Assembly: GCA_964416155.1 (NCBI GenBank)
Contig: CAYQCW010000012.1
Location: 1 to 50,820, forward strand
Reading direction: 5' to 3'
DNA: 50,820 nucleotides
From: an uncultured Nitrososphaerota archaeon
GTDB lineage: Archaea; Thermoproteota; EX4484-205; JAAOZP01
Below are positions 18,872 to 29,239 of the stretch, one piece after another. The notes under the pieces were generated by a model. That model was not told the DNA's origin and ran no database searches. It saw only the letters and a program-made list of their open reading frames with translations. Made by a program: the position numbers and the translations under genes. The stretch's first letter is position 1. Each line of letters starts with the position of its first letter.

Positions 18872-20437
18872 TTGGAGGAGAAGCAGAAGGCGGTTAAGGA
18901 TTTAAGGCTGAGGGTCTCTGCAGACCTTTACTTAAGCCGAGAGCTGCACGGGGATGAGGTTGAAAGGGTTGCGGAGTATGCTGTTTCAAGCTTCCCAAGA
19001 GTATTCACCCGAGGGGCGGTTAAGGGCGAGGAGCCCAAGATAGTTGAGCTGACCGTCACCAGGGATAAGCTGAGCCTCACGGTCGAGTCTGGAAGAAGGG
19101 TCAGGGCGCATGAAGCTGTTAAAAGGGCTAGGAAGGCCTTGGGCGAGGAGCTTGGGCCTAAAATTGGGCTGGGCGTCAGGGGGATCAGCGTCAAGTCTTT
19201 CGAAATAACTTTCATGGGGGAAAGCCTAAGGGAGGCGACGCTCCCTTTTGTTAAAAAGGTCGAGAAGACTGAGGGAGGCTTGAAATACTGGCTTGAAGTC
19301 GACGAGTCTGGCCTATATGCTCAGGTTCCGGACAGGATAATAAGCCTTTTTCTAGAGAAGCAGGAGGCCCGTGCAACAGGCAGAGAGGTCCACAGGGTTT
19401 TCTGGCGGAGCCCGGAGAAGCCTGTTAAGTATGCTTCAGACCCTGGGCTGCTGCTAGAGGAGGAGGGTTGGGTTAAAAGATTCCACCCCGGCATATGGTA
19501 TTACCTCCAGCCTTACACCAGTCTTCTGAGAATACTTGAAGAAATGATAGTTGAGAGGGTTGCGAAGCCACTGGGCTTTCAGGAGGTTGTCCTACCTAAG
19601 CTAATACCGCTTGAAGTCGCGAGGAAGAAGGGCCATCTCTCCGGGATCCCTAGCGAGATGCTTTATGTCTGCGAGCCTGGCTCAAGGGAGCTTTCCTACT
19701 TTGAGGAGTACACTGACCTGGTTAAGGTTTTCAACGAGCCTAAGCCTGAAGTCTTGAAAACGTTTCTGAAGGAGCCTGCTTACACCCTTCCATACGCGCA
19801 GTGCGAGCCCTTCTACGAGCTTTTCGCCGGGGAAATCGTGAACGTTGACAATCCTCCTGTCAGGCTCTACGACAGATCAGGGTTCAGCTTCAGGCATGAG
19901 GCAGGAGGCTTAAGAAGCCTCGAGAGGCTTACAGCATTCACAAGAATAGAGATAGTCTATCTTGGCAGACCTGAAGAGGTTGTTGAGATTAGAGATAGGC
20001 TTGTGGAGAACTATCTGAAACTGCTTGACAAGACGCTTGACATAGAGGTTAGGTCTGCAGAGGTAACCCCGGTCTGGATGGCTCACGCAGGCGTCATAGA
20101 GGATGTTTCCAGAAACGTTGCTGCAACCTTCGACGTTGAAGCCTACCTTCCGTTTAGAGTGGACAGGGAAAGCGAGTGGCTTGAAATAGCTAACGCGTCG
20201 GTTCACTACGACAAGTATGTTGACTGGTTTAATATTAAGGAGAGAAAGGGAAGGGAGATTTGGACCGGTTGTTCAGGAAACGGTCTTGAAAGATGGGTCT
20301 ATGCTTTCCTAGCTAGACACGGCTTCAACGCTGAAGACTGGCCTGTAGAAGTGAAGAGGCTTTGGCCAGACTTTAAGCCTGTGGTCATGGATACTTGGCC
20401 CACTCGAGTATTGAAGAAGCCTCCTGAATCATCTTAA
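18872..20437 (+). CDS. serS: Seryl-tRNA synthetase, methanogen-type
   Basis: SGRRVRAH N-domain; Zn-ligand motifs AQCEPF, RHEAGG, WTGCSG. Confidence 0.9.
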   Translation: MEEKQKAVKDLRLRVSADLYLSRELHGDEVERVAEYAVSSFPRVFTRGAVKGEEPKIVELTVTRDKLSLTVESGRRVRAHEAVKRARKALGEELGPKIGLGVRGISVKSFEITFMGESLREATLPFVKKVEKTEGGLKYWLEVDESGLYAQVPDRIISLFLEKQEARATGREVHRVFWRSPEKPVKYASDPGLLLEEEGWVKRFHPGIWYYLQPYTSLLRILEEMIVERVAKPLGFQEVVLPKLIPLEVARKKGHLSGIPSEMLYVCEPGSRELSYFEEYTDLVKVFNEPKPEVLKTFLKEPAYTLPYAQCEPFYELFAGEIVNVDNPPVRLYDRSGFSFRHEAGGLRSLERLTAFTRIEIVYLGRPEEVVEIRDRLVENYLKLLDKTLDIEVRSAEVTPVWMAHAGVIEDVSRNVAATFDVEAYLPFRVDRESEWLEIANASVHYDKYVDWFNIKERKGREIWTGCSGNGLERWVYAFLARHGFNAEDWPVEVKRLWPDFKPVVMDTWPTRVLKKPPESS

Positions 20438-20663
20438 GGTGAGTCAAGTAATCTATCAGCGTGTAGGCTAAGGACATTAATCCTCTTCTACAGGCTACTT
20501 TAAAAAGTATTCTTCGTCCCTTTAAACTGGACGATGCCTTAAGCCCCTTAACCTTCAAAGCCTCATCCGGCTTCAAGGCTAAGTACGCAAGCCTTGCTTC
20601 AAGCTCGCTCCTGAAAACAGCTTCAAGAATAGCGAAGCATTCTACCGAATTGTTCTGCAGCAT
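20385..20663 (-). CDS. pcc1: KEOPS subunit Pcc1
   Basis: Small ORF with ALKPD motif after the DHH gene, conserved archaeal position; start uncertain. Confidence 0.7.
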   Translation of the reverse strand: MLQNNSVECFAILEAVFRSELEARLAYLALKPDEALKVKGLKASSSLKGRRILFKVACRRGLMSLAYTLIDYLTHLKMIQEASSILEWAKYP

Positions 20664-22062
20664 TTCTTTCGAAAGCCTCCATGAATGAGTGAAGCCTTCT
20701 CTTGGGCACGGTTGCGCCGGCTGCGACATCATGCCCTCCTCCGAGCCCTCCGGCTTCTCTGGCTGCGTTCGAAGCCAGCAGGCTTCCTTTAATGCCCTTC
20801 TCAACAAGGCTCCTCGGAACTCTTATTGAAACCTTGAGCGAATCATCCTCGGCGGCGGTTACGACCAGGATCTTGCCAAGATCCTTGGGGAGGTTCGAGA
20901 ATATTATTGAGGCAACCGGGCTTAATACTCTTTGATCTATGATCCCCTCACCGTTGTAAAGCAGTATTCTTTCAGACTCAATTTTGGCCCCGGGCATGCT
21001 GAGAAGGTTTGAAAGAGACTTTGAGATGGCTGTCCTGTATTCGCGACCCACGCGCTGAGCCTCCTCAAACATTCTGCCCTTTTCGCCCATTGCAACCGCC
21101 AAGCCTACGGCGGAGCGCCCCATTCTTGCGCAAGAGTTCAACAGGGCTGAGAACTCCCTACCGTCTCTTAAAACGGTGCCTCTGGGCTCTTTTTCAAAAA
21201 CATAAGTGGTGCCGAACAGGTTTTGAGCACCCTCTGGTGAAAAGCCGAGGTCAGCGATATACTGCATCAAACCCGTGAGAAGCCTTGACCTCTCAGCCTG
21301 AGAGAGGTCGCTGAAAGTCCTCCATTTGTCATCCGTCTTAACCTCTATGCCGAGGCTTCGTAAAAGGTTTAGAGCAACATTCTCGTCGCCGCTCAAGCCA
21401 GGTATTATGAAGTTTGACGAGGAAGAGATTGAGACATGTATCGGCAGGGTTTCTCTGCCGAAGAACACGAAGTCCTCCTCAACCCTAACCATGTTCATCT
21501 CCTCTCCTTCAAGAACTATCGTCGAGTTTAACCCTGTGAGCGACCTGTTGGCGCCAGTGTCCTGCATGTCGGCCAGCGCGCCCACTATGGCTAGCTCGTT
21601 CATCCTGGAGAAGTCTTCAACTAGGTTCTTGAAAACCAGGTATGAAACCCCTGAGCCGGAGACTTCTGAGCCACCGTTTAAACCATGCTCATTAGGGTTC
21701 AACATGAGGACACTGCCCGAATCACCCTCAACCTCATGATGGTCGAGTATTACGACCTTCGAAGGCTCGAGAACACTCGCTATCTCGCTCAAGTATCCTG
21801 CCCCAATATCCAGGAAAAGCAAGGGCCGAGGGGGGAACGCGATGCTCTCTAGAAAAGCCCTGTCTATCTGCGTCACGGACCTGGCTGAGAAGGAGACACC
21901 CATGCTCCTCAAAGCGAGACAAGCTATTGCCGCCGCAGCAGTCCCGTCTGCATCCGCATGGAAAACTATTAGCGCATCATTCCAGTCGAACGAGCCCAGC
22001 CTGCTTGCGAAATCCCTTGCTTCAAAAATGAACCTTCTCTGAGTCTCCGACGCATTGCTCAT
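20623..22062 (-). CDS. DHH-family phosphoesterase (RecJ-like)
   Basis: HADADG, DIG, DHH, GALAD, GGGHDVAAG; follows rps15. Confidence 0.9.
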   Translation of the reverse strand: MSNASETQRRFIFEARDFASRLGSFDWNDALIVFHADADGTAAAAIACLALRSMGVSFSARSVTQIDRAFLESIAFPPRPLLFLDIGAGYLSEIASVLEPSKVVILDHHEVEGDSGSVLMLNPNEHGLNGGSEVSGSGVSYLVFKNLVEDFSRMNELAIVGALADMQDTGANRSLTGLNSTIVLEGEEMNMVRVEEDFVFFGRETLPIHVSISSSSNFIIPGLSGDENVALNLLRSLGIEVKTDDKWRTFSDLSQAERSRLLTGLMQYIADLGFSPEGAQNLFGTTYVFEKEPRGTVLRDGREFSALLNSCARMGRSAVGLAVAMGEKGRMFEEAQRVGREYRTAISKSLSNLLSMPGAKIESERILLYNGEGIIDQRVLSPVASIIFSNLPKDLGKILVVTAAEDDSLKVSIRVPRSLVEKGIKGSLLASNAAREAGGLGGGHDVAAGATVPKRRLHSFMEAFERNAAEQFGRMLRYS

Positions 22063-22499
22063 ATTTTTGCTTCAAGAACCCTCAGGTCGGGCAGAGGCGT
22101 CTTCCTCCTAGAGTAGTAATGGGCAAGCCTCCTAATCTTAGACTCCACCAGTTGAAGATTGTGAACGTTGAAACGGTCAGACCTGTTCCTAGTTAAATGA
22201 GTAACCATCCTTTCAGCCTTAGCTACAAGCCTATCAAGATCCTCGGTCCTGGAGAATCTGACCCCCTTCTCGAGAAGTATTCTCGAAATCTTCTTACCAG
22301 TTATATTCCTGATGGAGGGAACCCCGTATGAGTCTCTCAGGATCAACCCTATTTGAGAAGGACCATATCCTTCTGAAGCCAGCTTGACCACGAGCTCCTC
22401 AACCTCCTCAGGCTTCAACGACAGCCATGGCGGAGCACCGCTATACACTACTCTGCGCGAACCCGACTTCCCCTTCTTGTGACTATGCATCCTAGCCAA
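22059..22499 (-). CDS. rps15: 30S ribosomal protein S15 (uS15)
   Basis: MARMH, IGLILRDSYG, ESKIRRL. Confidence 0.97.
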   Translation of the reverse strand: MARMHSHKKGKSGSRRVVYSGAPPWLSLKPEEVEELVVKLASEGYGPSQIGLILRDSYGVPSIRNITGKKISRILLEKGVRFSRTEDLDRLVAKAERMVTHLTRNRSDRFNVHNLQLVESKIRRLAHYYSRRKTPLPDLRVLEAKI

Positions 22500-22835
22500 T
22501 CTTTAAGCCGTGTTTATTCCTGCGAACCCCTATTTAAGCTTCTCTGACAGCATTAAGTCTAGGGCACGGATAAAATTCGTTTTTTAAACCTGGCTTAAGC
22601 TGTCCAGCTGACAGCATAATCAATTAGGGTTTCGACAGTAGTTACAACATAGCTTCGAGCCGGTTGATTCCCTCAAACCCGGAGACGGTTAGCAACGAGG
22701 CGGAACCTCCAGTATTTTAAAAATCGGAGAATAGGCGAAAGGAGGATAACCCGGGTTTGAACAGCATACGAATGGAAAGCTAAACCGCAAACCCGGGCAT
22801 AACGTTAGTAACAATAACCAAAAACCGAATACATG

Positions 22836-23158
22836 TTAGTTCAGATTTTTAGACTCGGATACTGCAAGATCCATCAGAACCTCATCCTCGGTGACATCAA
22901 CATCAGAAACCTCAAGCCTATCTATGTTTAACGAGAGCCATAACCTAGAATACGCTTGGCCAGTTTACTTTTAATCAAATCCTCTGATAGGGGTCGGATG
23001 AATTTAAGCGTCTCGTCGAAGTTGAAATGGGAAACCCCCACCGTCATCCTTAATCCGTACTCGGGTTCAAGCTCGACGAACAAGCTCACAGCGCGCTATG
23101 ATCCACTATTTCCCATATCAATTTGAGGAACGAATGATGGAAAATTAATCTTAAGCAT
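22836..23158 (-). pseudogene. Degraded gene remnant
   Basis: Protein-like frame MLKINFPSFVPQ..*..SLFVELEPEYGLRMTVGVSHFNFDETLKF.. broken by stops and a frameshift. Confidence 0.3.
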
Positions 23159-23347
23159 ATCCTTTTTCCTTAAGCGTGGAAGCAGGACTGGAAGCGGTCG
23201 GGCTCTCCCCCCAATAGGACAATATGCCCTCAACTTACAGAATGATTTAGAAACCCTAATACATGAGTCTACAAGACAGCGTTCGATCGCACAGCCGGGG
23301 CAAAAATTAAGTCATAATAATGACAGCTTCTACAATATACCCCGCAT

Positions 23348-23914
23348 TTACCTCCCCCCATACTTCTCCAGAAACCATGATGCAAAAGCCTTCAACGCTT
23401 TCGCCCTGTGAGAGAATTTATTCTTCTCCTCAACACTCATCTCCGCGAAAGTCAGATTGGAGCCGAAAGGTATGAAGAGAGGGTCATAACCAAACCCGCT
23501 TTTTCCGCGTGGCTCCGTTGCGATTGTTCCGTCGACTCTACCTGTGAAAAGCCTGACACCGTTGCTTGGGTCTCCGTAGGCTAGGGCTGTCAGGAAGTAT
23601 GCTGACCTGTCTGCTGAGCCTGTTAGAAGCTTGAGTATTCCTTCGCAGCCGATCTTCCTGTAGACGTATGAGGAGTATACTCCTGGGAAACCGTTTAGAG
23701 AGTTTACGAAGAGCCCGGAGTCCTCGATTATGAAGCGTTCCCCCATTTTTTTCAAAGCCTCTTGGGCGCATTTCTCAGCAACCTCCTCCAAGGTTTCCGA
23801 CTGGGGCTCCATTATTTCAAGGTCAGCCTGTTCAAGCGTTATCCCGAATTCTCCGAGCAGTTTCTGCGCCTCGATGAATTTCCCATGGTTCCCCGTTATG
23901 AAGACTAGCCTCAT
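23348..23914 (-). CDS. rdgB: Non-canonical purine NTP pyrophosphatase (HAM1/RdgB)
   Basis: TGNHGK, EDSGL, GFPGVYS, GFGYDP, SHR. Confidence 0.96.
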   Translation of the reverse strand: MRLVFITGNHGKFIEAQKLLGEFGITLEQADLEIMEPQSETLEEVAEKCAQEALKKMGERFIIEDSGLFVNSLNGFPGVYSSYVYRKIGCEGILKLLTGSADRSAYFLTALAYGDPSNGVRLFTGRVDGTIATEPRGKSGFGYDPLFIPFGSNLTFAEMSVEEKNKFSHRAKALKAFASWFLEKYGGR

Positions 23915-23969
23915 CAGCCATTTCCCCTGTTGAGAGCTATTAAAGCTTAAAACTTCTCAGGAGGCGAGT

Positions 23970-25187
23970 ATGCGGGTAATGGAGTATCAGGACGGCGAGG
24001 CTCTGGTGTGCATGGATTGCGGTGCAACCCATGAGCCTGGGGGAGGCGTGCTTGTCTGTGGGAAATGCGGGGGACTCTTGGAGGTTGCTTACCCTAGGAG
24101 TGTTTTCAGAAGCGTCTCGTTTAACGGTAGGGGTGTTTGGAGGTATAGGAGCCTCCTCCCCAGGGTTGAAAGAATCGTCACTTTGAGCGAGGGGGATACC
24201 CCGCTGGTTAAGGCTGAAAGGCTCGGAGAATCCTTGGGTTTGAGAAACCTTTACGTTAAGTTTGAGGGGGCTAATCCAACCGGCTCTTTTAAAGACAGGG
24301 GTATGACTGTAGCCGTCAGCATCGCCCTCAGGTTCCACGCTAGAAGCGTGGCGTGTGCTTCAACAGGCAATACTTCAGCATCAATGGCAGCCTACGCGGC
24401 TAGGGCTGGCTTAAGGGGCCTCGTCTTCCTCCCAGACGGCTATGTTGCCCCAGGGAAGCTTCTCCAGGCTTTTGCCCATGGGGCTACGATAGTCAGGGTT
24501 AGGGGGAACTTCGACGACGCTTTGAAAACGCTTCTTTCACACAGGGAGGAGCTTGGGGTTTACATTTTGAACTCTGTGAACCCGTATAGGATTGAGGGTC
24601 AGAAAACAGCCGCCTTCGAAATATGGGAGAGCCTTAACTATACGCCTGATTTCGTAATATACCCTGTTGGAAACGCCGCCAACATTTCTTCAGGCTGGAA
24701 GGGTTTTAAAGAGCTGGTTGAAGCCGGGTTGGCGGAGTCTAAGCCGAGGATGATCGGGGTTCAGGCTGAGGGAGCCGCCCCCATAGCGAAAGCCTATCTC
24801 GAGGGGGAGGAAACCGTAGAGCCTGTTGAGAAGCCTGAGACTATTGCGACAGCGATAAGGATCGGGAGGCCGTTTTCCTGGAAGAAAGCGCTCAAAGCGT
24901 TAAGAGATTCCCGGGGCACGGCAGTCACTGTTAGCGACGAGGAGATATTGAAGGCGCAGATAGGCCTTGCCCGGATGGAGGGCTTGTTCGCGGAGCCGGC
25001 TGGAGCAGCTCCGGTGGCGGGCCTAGCTAAGCTTTCTGAAGAAGGGTTCTTCAAAGGCGATGAAACGATTGTCGCCGTGGTTACGGGACACGGCTTGAAG
25101 GATCCGAGTGTCAACATAGAGCCCTATGCTGAGCTCACCATCCACCCTGGTGAAAACCCTGTGGAGGCTTTGAGGAACCTGTTATGA
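23970..25187 (+). CDS. thrC: Threonine synthase
   Basis: N-terminal CxxC pairs, NPTGSFKDRG, ASTGN, TGHGLKD. Confidence 0.95.
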   Translation: MRVMEYQDGEALVCMDCGATHEPGGGVLVCGKCGGLLEVAYPRSVFRSVSFNGRGVWRYRSLLPRVERIVTLSEGDTPLVKAERLGESLGLRNLYVKFEGANPTGSFKDRGMTVAVSIALRFHARSVACASTGNTSASMAAYAARAGLRGLVFLPDGYVAPGKLLQAFAHGATIVRVRGNFDDALKTLLSHREELGVYILNSVNPYRIEGQKTAAFEIWESLNYTPDFVIYPVGNAANISSGWKGFKELVEAGLAESKPRMIGVQAEGAAPIAKAYLEGEETVEPVEKPETIATAIRIGRPFSWKKALKALRDSRGTAVTVSDEEILKAQIGLARMEGLFAEPAGAAPVAGLAKLSEEGFFKGDETIVAVVTGHGLKDPSVNIEPYAELTIHPGENPVEALRNLL

Positions 25188-26194
25188 GGATCCTTCTGAT
25201 CGGCTTTGGAAACGTTGGAAGAGCCTTCCTTCAGCTGATGGAGGAGGAGAGGCGGAGGTTCAGGAGGCTTGGAGCAGACCCGAGGATCGTCGGAATAGTG
25301 GACAGGGGTGGTGCAACGCTCTCTGAGAACGGTGTTAAGGCGAGCAGCCTTTTAACGATCAAGATGAAGAGGGGTTCAGTGGCCTATTCGGAACAGGGGG
25401 GTTTTCCAAGCATGGATGCGGCGGAGGCGATAAGTATTGCCCAGCCTAATGTGACTGTTGAAGCAACTCCGACGAGCAGGGGAGGCTCAGGACCTGCTTT
25501 AAGACACATTCTTAAGGCTCTTGAACATGGTTCCAACGTTGTCTCAGCCAATAAGGCTCCTTTAGCCTACGATTACGACACCGTTATGAGGACAGCGTTG
25601 TCCCGGGGGAGAATAGTGAAGTATAGCGCAACAGTCGGGGGTGGGCTACCCGTTTTGAAAACGCTTAAGACACTTACTGTCGGGGATTTTGTCGAGAGCT
25701 TCCGGGGGATTTTAAACGCGACCTCCAACTATATTCTCACATTAATGGAGGAGGGGAGAAGCTACGAGGAGGCTTTGAGGCTTGCGCGTGAAATAGGTAT
25801 CGCCGAGGCCGACCCGACTATGGATGTATCCGGGATGGATACTGCCTACAAGATAACCATAATAGCCAACACTATAGAGGGGGGCCACAGGGTTGACGAG
25901 GTGGAGTTGAAAGGCATAGAAGACGTTGAGCCGAAAGACCTGCGTGAAGCTGCTTTAAACGGGCACTCTATAAGGCTCGTCGGAGAGCTCACTGAGGAGG
26001 GTAGGCTTAGGGTTGGTCCTTCAAAGCTTAAGAGGGGGAGTGTGCTTGATGTGAGCGGGACGCTGAACGCGGTGGAGTTCAGAATGAAGAGGGCTGGACC
26101 GGTTTACCTGCTTGGGAGGGGTGCTGGACCGTTTGAAACAGCCGCCGCAATAATTAGAGATGTTTTCGAAATACTGGAGGAGGAGAAGCGTTGA
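25184..26194 (+). CDS. hom: Homoserine dehydrogenase
   Basis: GFGNVG, ANK, ATVGGGLP, GILNATSN, AEADP, GRGAG. Confidence 0.95.
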   Translation: MRILLIGFGNVGRAFLQLMEEERRRFRRLGADPRIVGIVDRGGATLSENGVKASSLLTIKMKRGSVAYSEQGGFPSMDAAEAISIAQPNVTVEATPTSRGGSGPALRHILKALEHGSNVVSANKAPLAYDYDTVMRTALSRGRIVKYSATVGGGLPVLKTLKTLTVGDFVESFRGILNATSNYILTLMEEGRSYEEALRLAREIGIAEADPTMDVSGMDTAYKITIIANTIEGGHRVDEVELKGIEDVEPKDLREAALNGHSIRLVGELTEEGRLRVGPSKLKRGSVLDVSGTLNAVEFRMKRAGPVYLLGRGAGPFETAAAIIRDVFEILEEEKR

Positions 26195-27543
26195 TTATTG
26201 TAACCCTTAACCTTGAGAACACGGGTCTCGAGTTGAAAGGACTCTGCGAGAAGCTTGCTGAAAAAGCTTCGCAAGGATTATTGATCATAGTTGAGCCACG
26301 CGAGGAGGCGCTGAGGGTTTTAACCGACGCCGCTGCTTCGCGCGTAAGTGAGGAGGAGGCTTTGGCGAAGCTGGCCGGTGAGCTTAACAGTCTGGCGAAA
26401 GGGATTCCCGTAGACATGAGGAGAAATGTTGAAGCCCAACTTGTTGAAAGCCTGAACAGGATCGCTGGGTACCTGCATGCTGAGAAGAAGGCTGGCGGTG
26501 CAACGCCAAGGGGACTGTCCGTAATGCTCAACCTGGTTGGAAACACTGTTACCATGATTGTTTCAAGCTATTTGAACGCGCTTGAAGTTGACGCTAAATG
26601 GGTTTCCACCGGGCAAGCAGGATTCATGCTCGTAGAAGACTATGAGCCGCCGTGGAGCCATTATGTGAGCCTTGTTAACCCGGATGTGTTGAAAAGTGTT
26701 TCAAAAGGAGTTCTCGTAGTATCCGGCAGGTCCTGCATAGACCATGATGGCGGGGAAGCCTCGCTTAAAAAAGGAATGGGCAGCGTAGTTTCGATACTTG
26801 CTGCTGGCGAGCTGAGAGTCGGAGAGGTTTATGTTCCGAAGGCTAACGGCGGCGTCTACACAGCCGACCCGTGGATTACGGATAAGGCGAGAGTAATACC
26901 CAGCCTATCCTACTCGGAGGCGCTGGAGCTTTCAAGGCTTGGAGAATGGGTTGTGAGCCCCCAGGCTGTCGAGCTTGCTGAAGAGCTGGGAGTAAGAATA
27001 ATAGTTTCAAGCGTACAGGATCCTTTCAAAGAATGCACCACGATAGGTTTTGAGAAGGCTGTTGAGAAGCAGATAGTTAAGGCTGTAGCGATGATACCGG
27101 GCATGAGTATTTTAACCGTTGAGGGGGCTGCCATGGCGGGGACCCCCGGCGTGGCTTCAGCCATACTCGGAGAGGTTGCGAAGAGAGGGGTAAGCGTCTC
27201 CATGATAAGCCAGGATGCTTCAGAAATCGGCATAACCCTGCTTGTTAAAGACAGGGATCTAGACACGGCTTTGAAAGGCTTGAGGGAAGGATTCGTCAGA
27301 CAGAGGCTTGTTAAAAGGGTCAGGATACAGAGGGATGTTGCAGTAATATCCGCCGTAGGGGAAGGCATGAGGGGGACGAGGGGTGTTGCAGCAAGAATAT
27401 TTTCAGCTGTTGCTGAAGCAGGGGTTAATGTCCTAGCCATAGCCCAAGGCTCATCTGAAACAAGCATATCTTTCGCAGTGGCCACGGGAGATGCTGAGAA
27501 AGCTGTTAAAGCGGTTCACGACAGGGTTATCCTTGGCGTTTAG
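26191..27543 (+). CDS. Aspartate kinase homolog with degenerate catalytic motifs and two ACT domains
   Basis: Keeps GVYTADP, LSYSEALEL and ACT motifs (MAGTPGV, GMRGTRGV, AQGSSE); lacks KFGG and GRGGSD. Confidence 0.8.
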   Translation: MIIVTLNLENTGLELKGLCEKLAEKASQGLLIIVEPREEALRVLTDAAASRVSEEEALAKLAGELNSLAKGIPVDMRRNVEAQLVESLNRIAGYLHAEKKAGGATPRGLSVMLNLVGNTVTMIVSSYLNALEVDAKWVSTGQAGFMLVEDYEPPWSHYVSLVNPDVLKSVSKGVLVVSGRSCIDHDGGEASLKKGMGSVVSILAAGELRVGEVYVPKANGGVYTADPWITDKARVIPSLSYSEALELSRLGEWVVSPQAVELAEELGVRIIVSSVQDPFKECTTIGFEKAVEKQIVKAVAMIPGMSILTVEGAAMAGTPGVASAILGEVAKRGVSVSMISQDASEIGITLLVKDRDLDTALKGLREGFVRQRLVKRVRIQRDVAVISAVGEGMRGTRGVAARIFSAVAEAGVNVLAIAQGSSETSISFAVATGDAEKAVKAVHDRVILGV

Positions 27544-27596
27544 CCTTCTACATAGACAATATTAGGCTTCAGTATTTACGTTCCCCCGCTTTCCGC

Positions 27597-28262
27597 CTAG
27601 CCGCGGCGCCTAAGCTCTTTCTCAACATACCTGCCCCTGCTGCCTATCTCTCTAAGCCTCTCCTCAACCCTTGCAGCAGATTCTCCGGCTGAAGCCCTGT
27701 AGCCTTCAAGGAAAACCTTCATCAGCGTTTCAGAATCCTGAAGCGTAGTCAGACTTGAGAAAAGCGTGTAAACATCCTCAGCCTTCTTCTCAACCTCGTT
27801 TGAAAACTCTCCCAAGCCGAAATCTATCAGGGTCAACCTGCCCTCTGAGACAAGCACGTTTGAAAGCGTCAAGTCGCCGTGAACAATCCCTGCTGAGTGA
27901 AGCCTTCCAACCGCATCCCCGAGTATACGTATCAGGCTTGCAAAAATGCTTGAGCCCTGCATGCTCCTTAGACTCTGGCTTCCAGCATAGCTCATTATTA
28001 TCCAGCTCTCGACAGGGTTCACATGGTAGACGAAGGGAGTGTTCACCCCAGCCTTCTTAGCCGAGCTCAAGAGGGATGCTTCCCTAACTGTTCTCGAGCG
28101 CCTTATCAAATCATCGAGCCCCCTAACCCTGTAGCTCTTAGCCACCCTAGTCTTCACAACAACCATCCTGCCGAGCCATTCGCAGAGGTCTACGATTGCC
28201 TCCGCACCCTGGTAGAGGGTTTTAATTCGAGTACAACCCTGGGGGAGGAGACTTAATATCAC
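27597..28262 (-). CDS. bud32: KEOPS kinase Bud32
   Basis: QGAEA, KSYR, HGDLT, IDFGL, RGRY; GTG start after GGAGG. Confidence 0.93.
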   Translation of the reverse strand: MILSLLPQGCTRIKTLYQGAEAIVDLCEWLGRMVVVKTRVAKSYRVRGLDDLIRRSRTVREASLLSSAKKAGVNTPFVYHVNPVESWIIMSYAGSQSLRSMQGSSIFASLIRILGDAVGRLHSAGIVHGDLTLSNVLVSEGRLTLIDFGLGEFSNEVEKKAEDVYTLFSSLTTLQDSETLMKVFLEGYRASAGESAARVEERLREIGSRGRYVEKELRRRG

Positions 28263-29223
28263 TCGTCCTCCACCTCGGTTTAACAGTAGACTCTTCAACG
28301 CTGAGGGACTCTCCCAGCCTGTATTGCACGATTCCTTCCCAAGCGATCATGACGCCGTTGTCGGCATAATATTCAACAGGATAATCGAGGAAGACGGCTT
28401 TCCTCTCCCTACACATTTCCCCAGCCATCTCCCTAAGCCTCCGGTTGGCGCCCACGCCGCCGGCTATTATGAACTCGTTTAGTCCAAGCATCGCCATAGC
28501 CCTCTCCGAAACCTCTACCAGCATTGAGAAAGCGGTTTCCTGCAGCGAGAAGCAGAGGTCTTCAACAGGCTCCTTTCCAACGAGGCTTTCAAGCATCGTG
28601 AGCATTCCTGAGAAGGACACGTTCATACCCTTAACACTATACGGCAGCCTTATCAGCCTGCTCGACTTCGAGGCCAGCTCCATAACTCTCGGACCACCGG
28701 GGAATCCGAGGCCGGCCTTCCTGGCAAAAGCGTCGATAAGGTTTCCGACGGCAATGTCCTCAGTCTCCCCGAGCACCACATATCTTCCCTCAGAAGGATG
28801 AATAACCTGCGTGTTCCCCCCGGAAACATAAAGCACGATCGGGTTAGCGGCCTTCGTTAAAGCCCTCGCGATCTCCACGTGTGCAGCAGCATGGTTAACC
28901 CCCACTAGGGGTTTTCCAAGCTTTATAGCGATCATTCTCGCTAGGGCGGCTCCAACCCTTAAACACGTCCCCAAGCCTGAGCCACGTGAAAAGGAAACCA
29001 AGTCTATTTCTTCAACACTGATTTTAGACAACGCCTCTTGAAGAGCATTAGACGCGTTCTGAAGATGATGCTTCGCAGCCTCGCTCGGATGTATTCCGCC
29101 TGACGAGGGCCGGTAAACCCTGCGGACGTCGCAAAGAGCCTCGAAAGGAGGATGTTTCACAACACCTATGCCGAAAGTATGAGCAGTTGATTCAACGCCG
29201 ATGCACGTGAGACGCTCCTCCAC
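28222..29223 (-). CDS. kae1: tRNA N6-adenosine threonylcarbamoyltransferase Kae1
   Basis: ESTAHT, GGIHP, VNHxxAH, VSGGNT, DNGVMIA. Confidence 0.96.
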   Translation of the reverse strand: MEERLTCIGVESTAHTFGIGVVKHPPFEALCDVRRVYRPSSGGIHPSEAAKHHLQNASNALQEALSKISVEEIDLVSFSRGSGLGTCLRVGAALARMIAIKLGKPLVGVNHAAAHVEIARALTKAANPIVLYVSGGNTQVIHPSEGRYVVLGETEDIAVGNLIDAFARKAGLGFPGGPRVMELASKSSRLIRLPYSVKGMNVSFSGMLTMLESLVGKEPVEDLCFSLQETAFSMLVEVSERAMAMLGLNEFIIAGGVGANRRLREMAGEMCRERKAVFLDYPVEYYADNGVMIAWEGIVQYRLGESLSVEESTVKPRWRTSDIKSPPPGLYSN

Positions 29224-29239
29224 AGGCTAAACGCTCCTC

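Noticed and set aside
22673-22797. TCAAACCCGG/CCGGGTTTGA inverted repeat as a MITE
   Set aside because: Only 10 bp, no target-site duplication, no second copy of the element.
22850-22915. C/D box sRNA-like TGATG/CTGA words
   Set aside because: No proper RUGAUGA box or spacing; fits an Asp/Glu-rich coding remnant.
23915-23969. Thr-rich leader peptide before thrC
   Set aside because: Looked for by analogy with the aro leader; the gap is only ~55 bp of divergent promoter with no such uORF.
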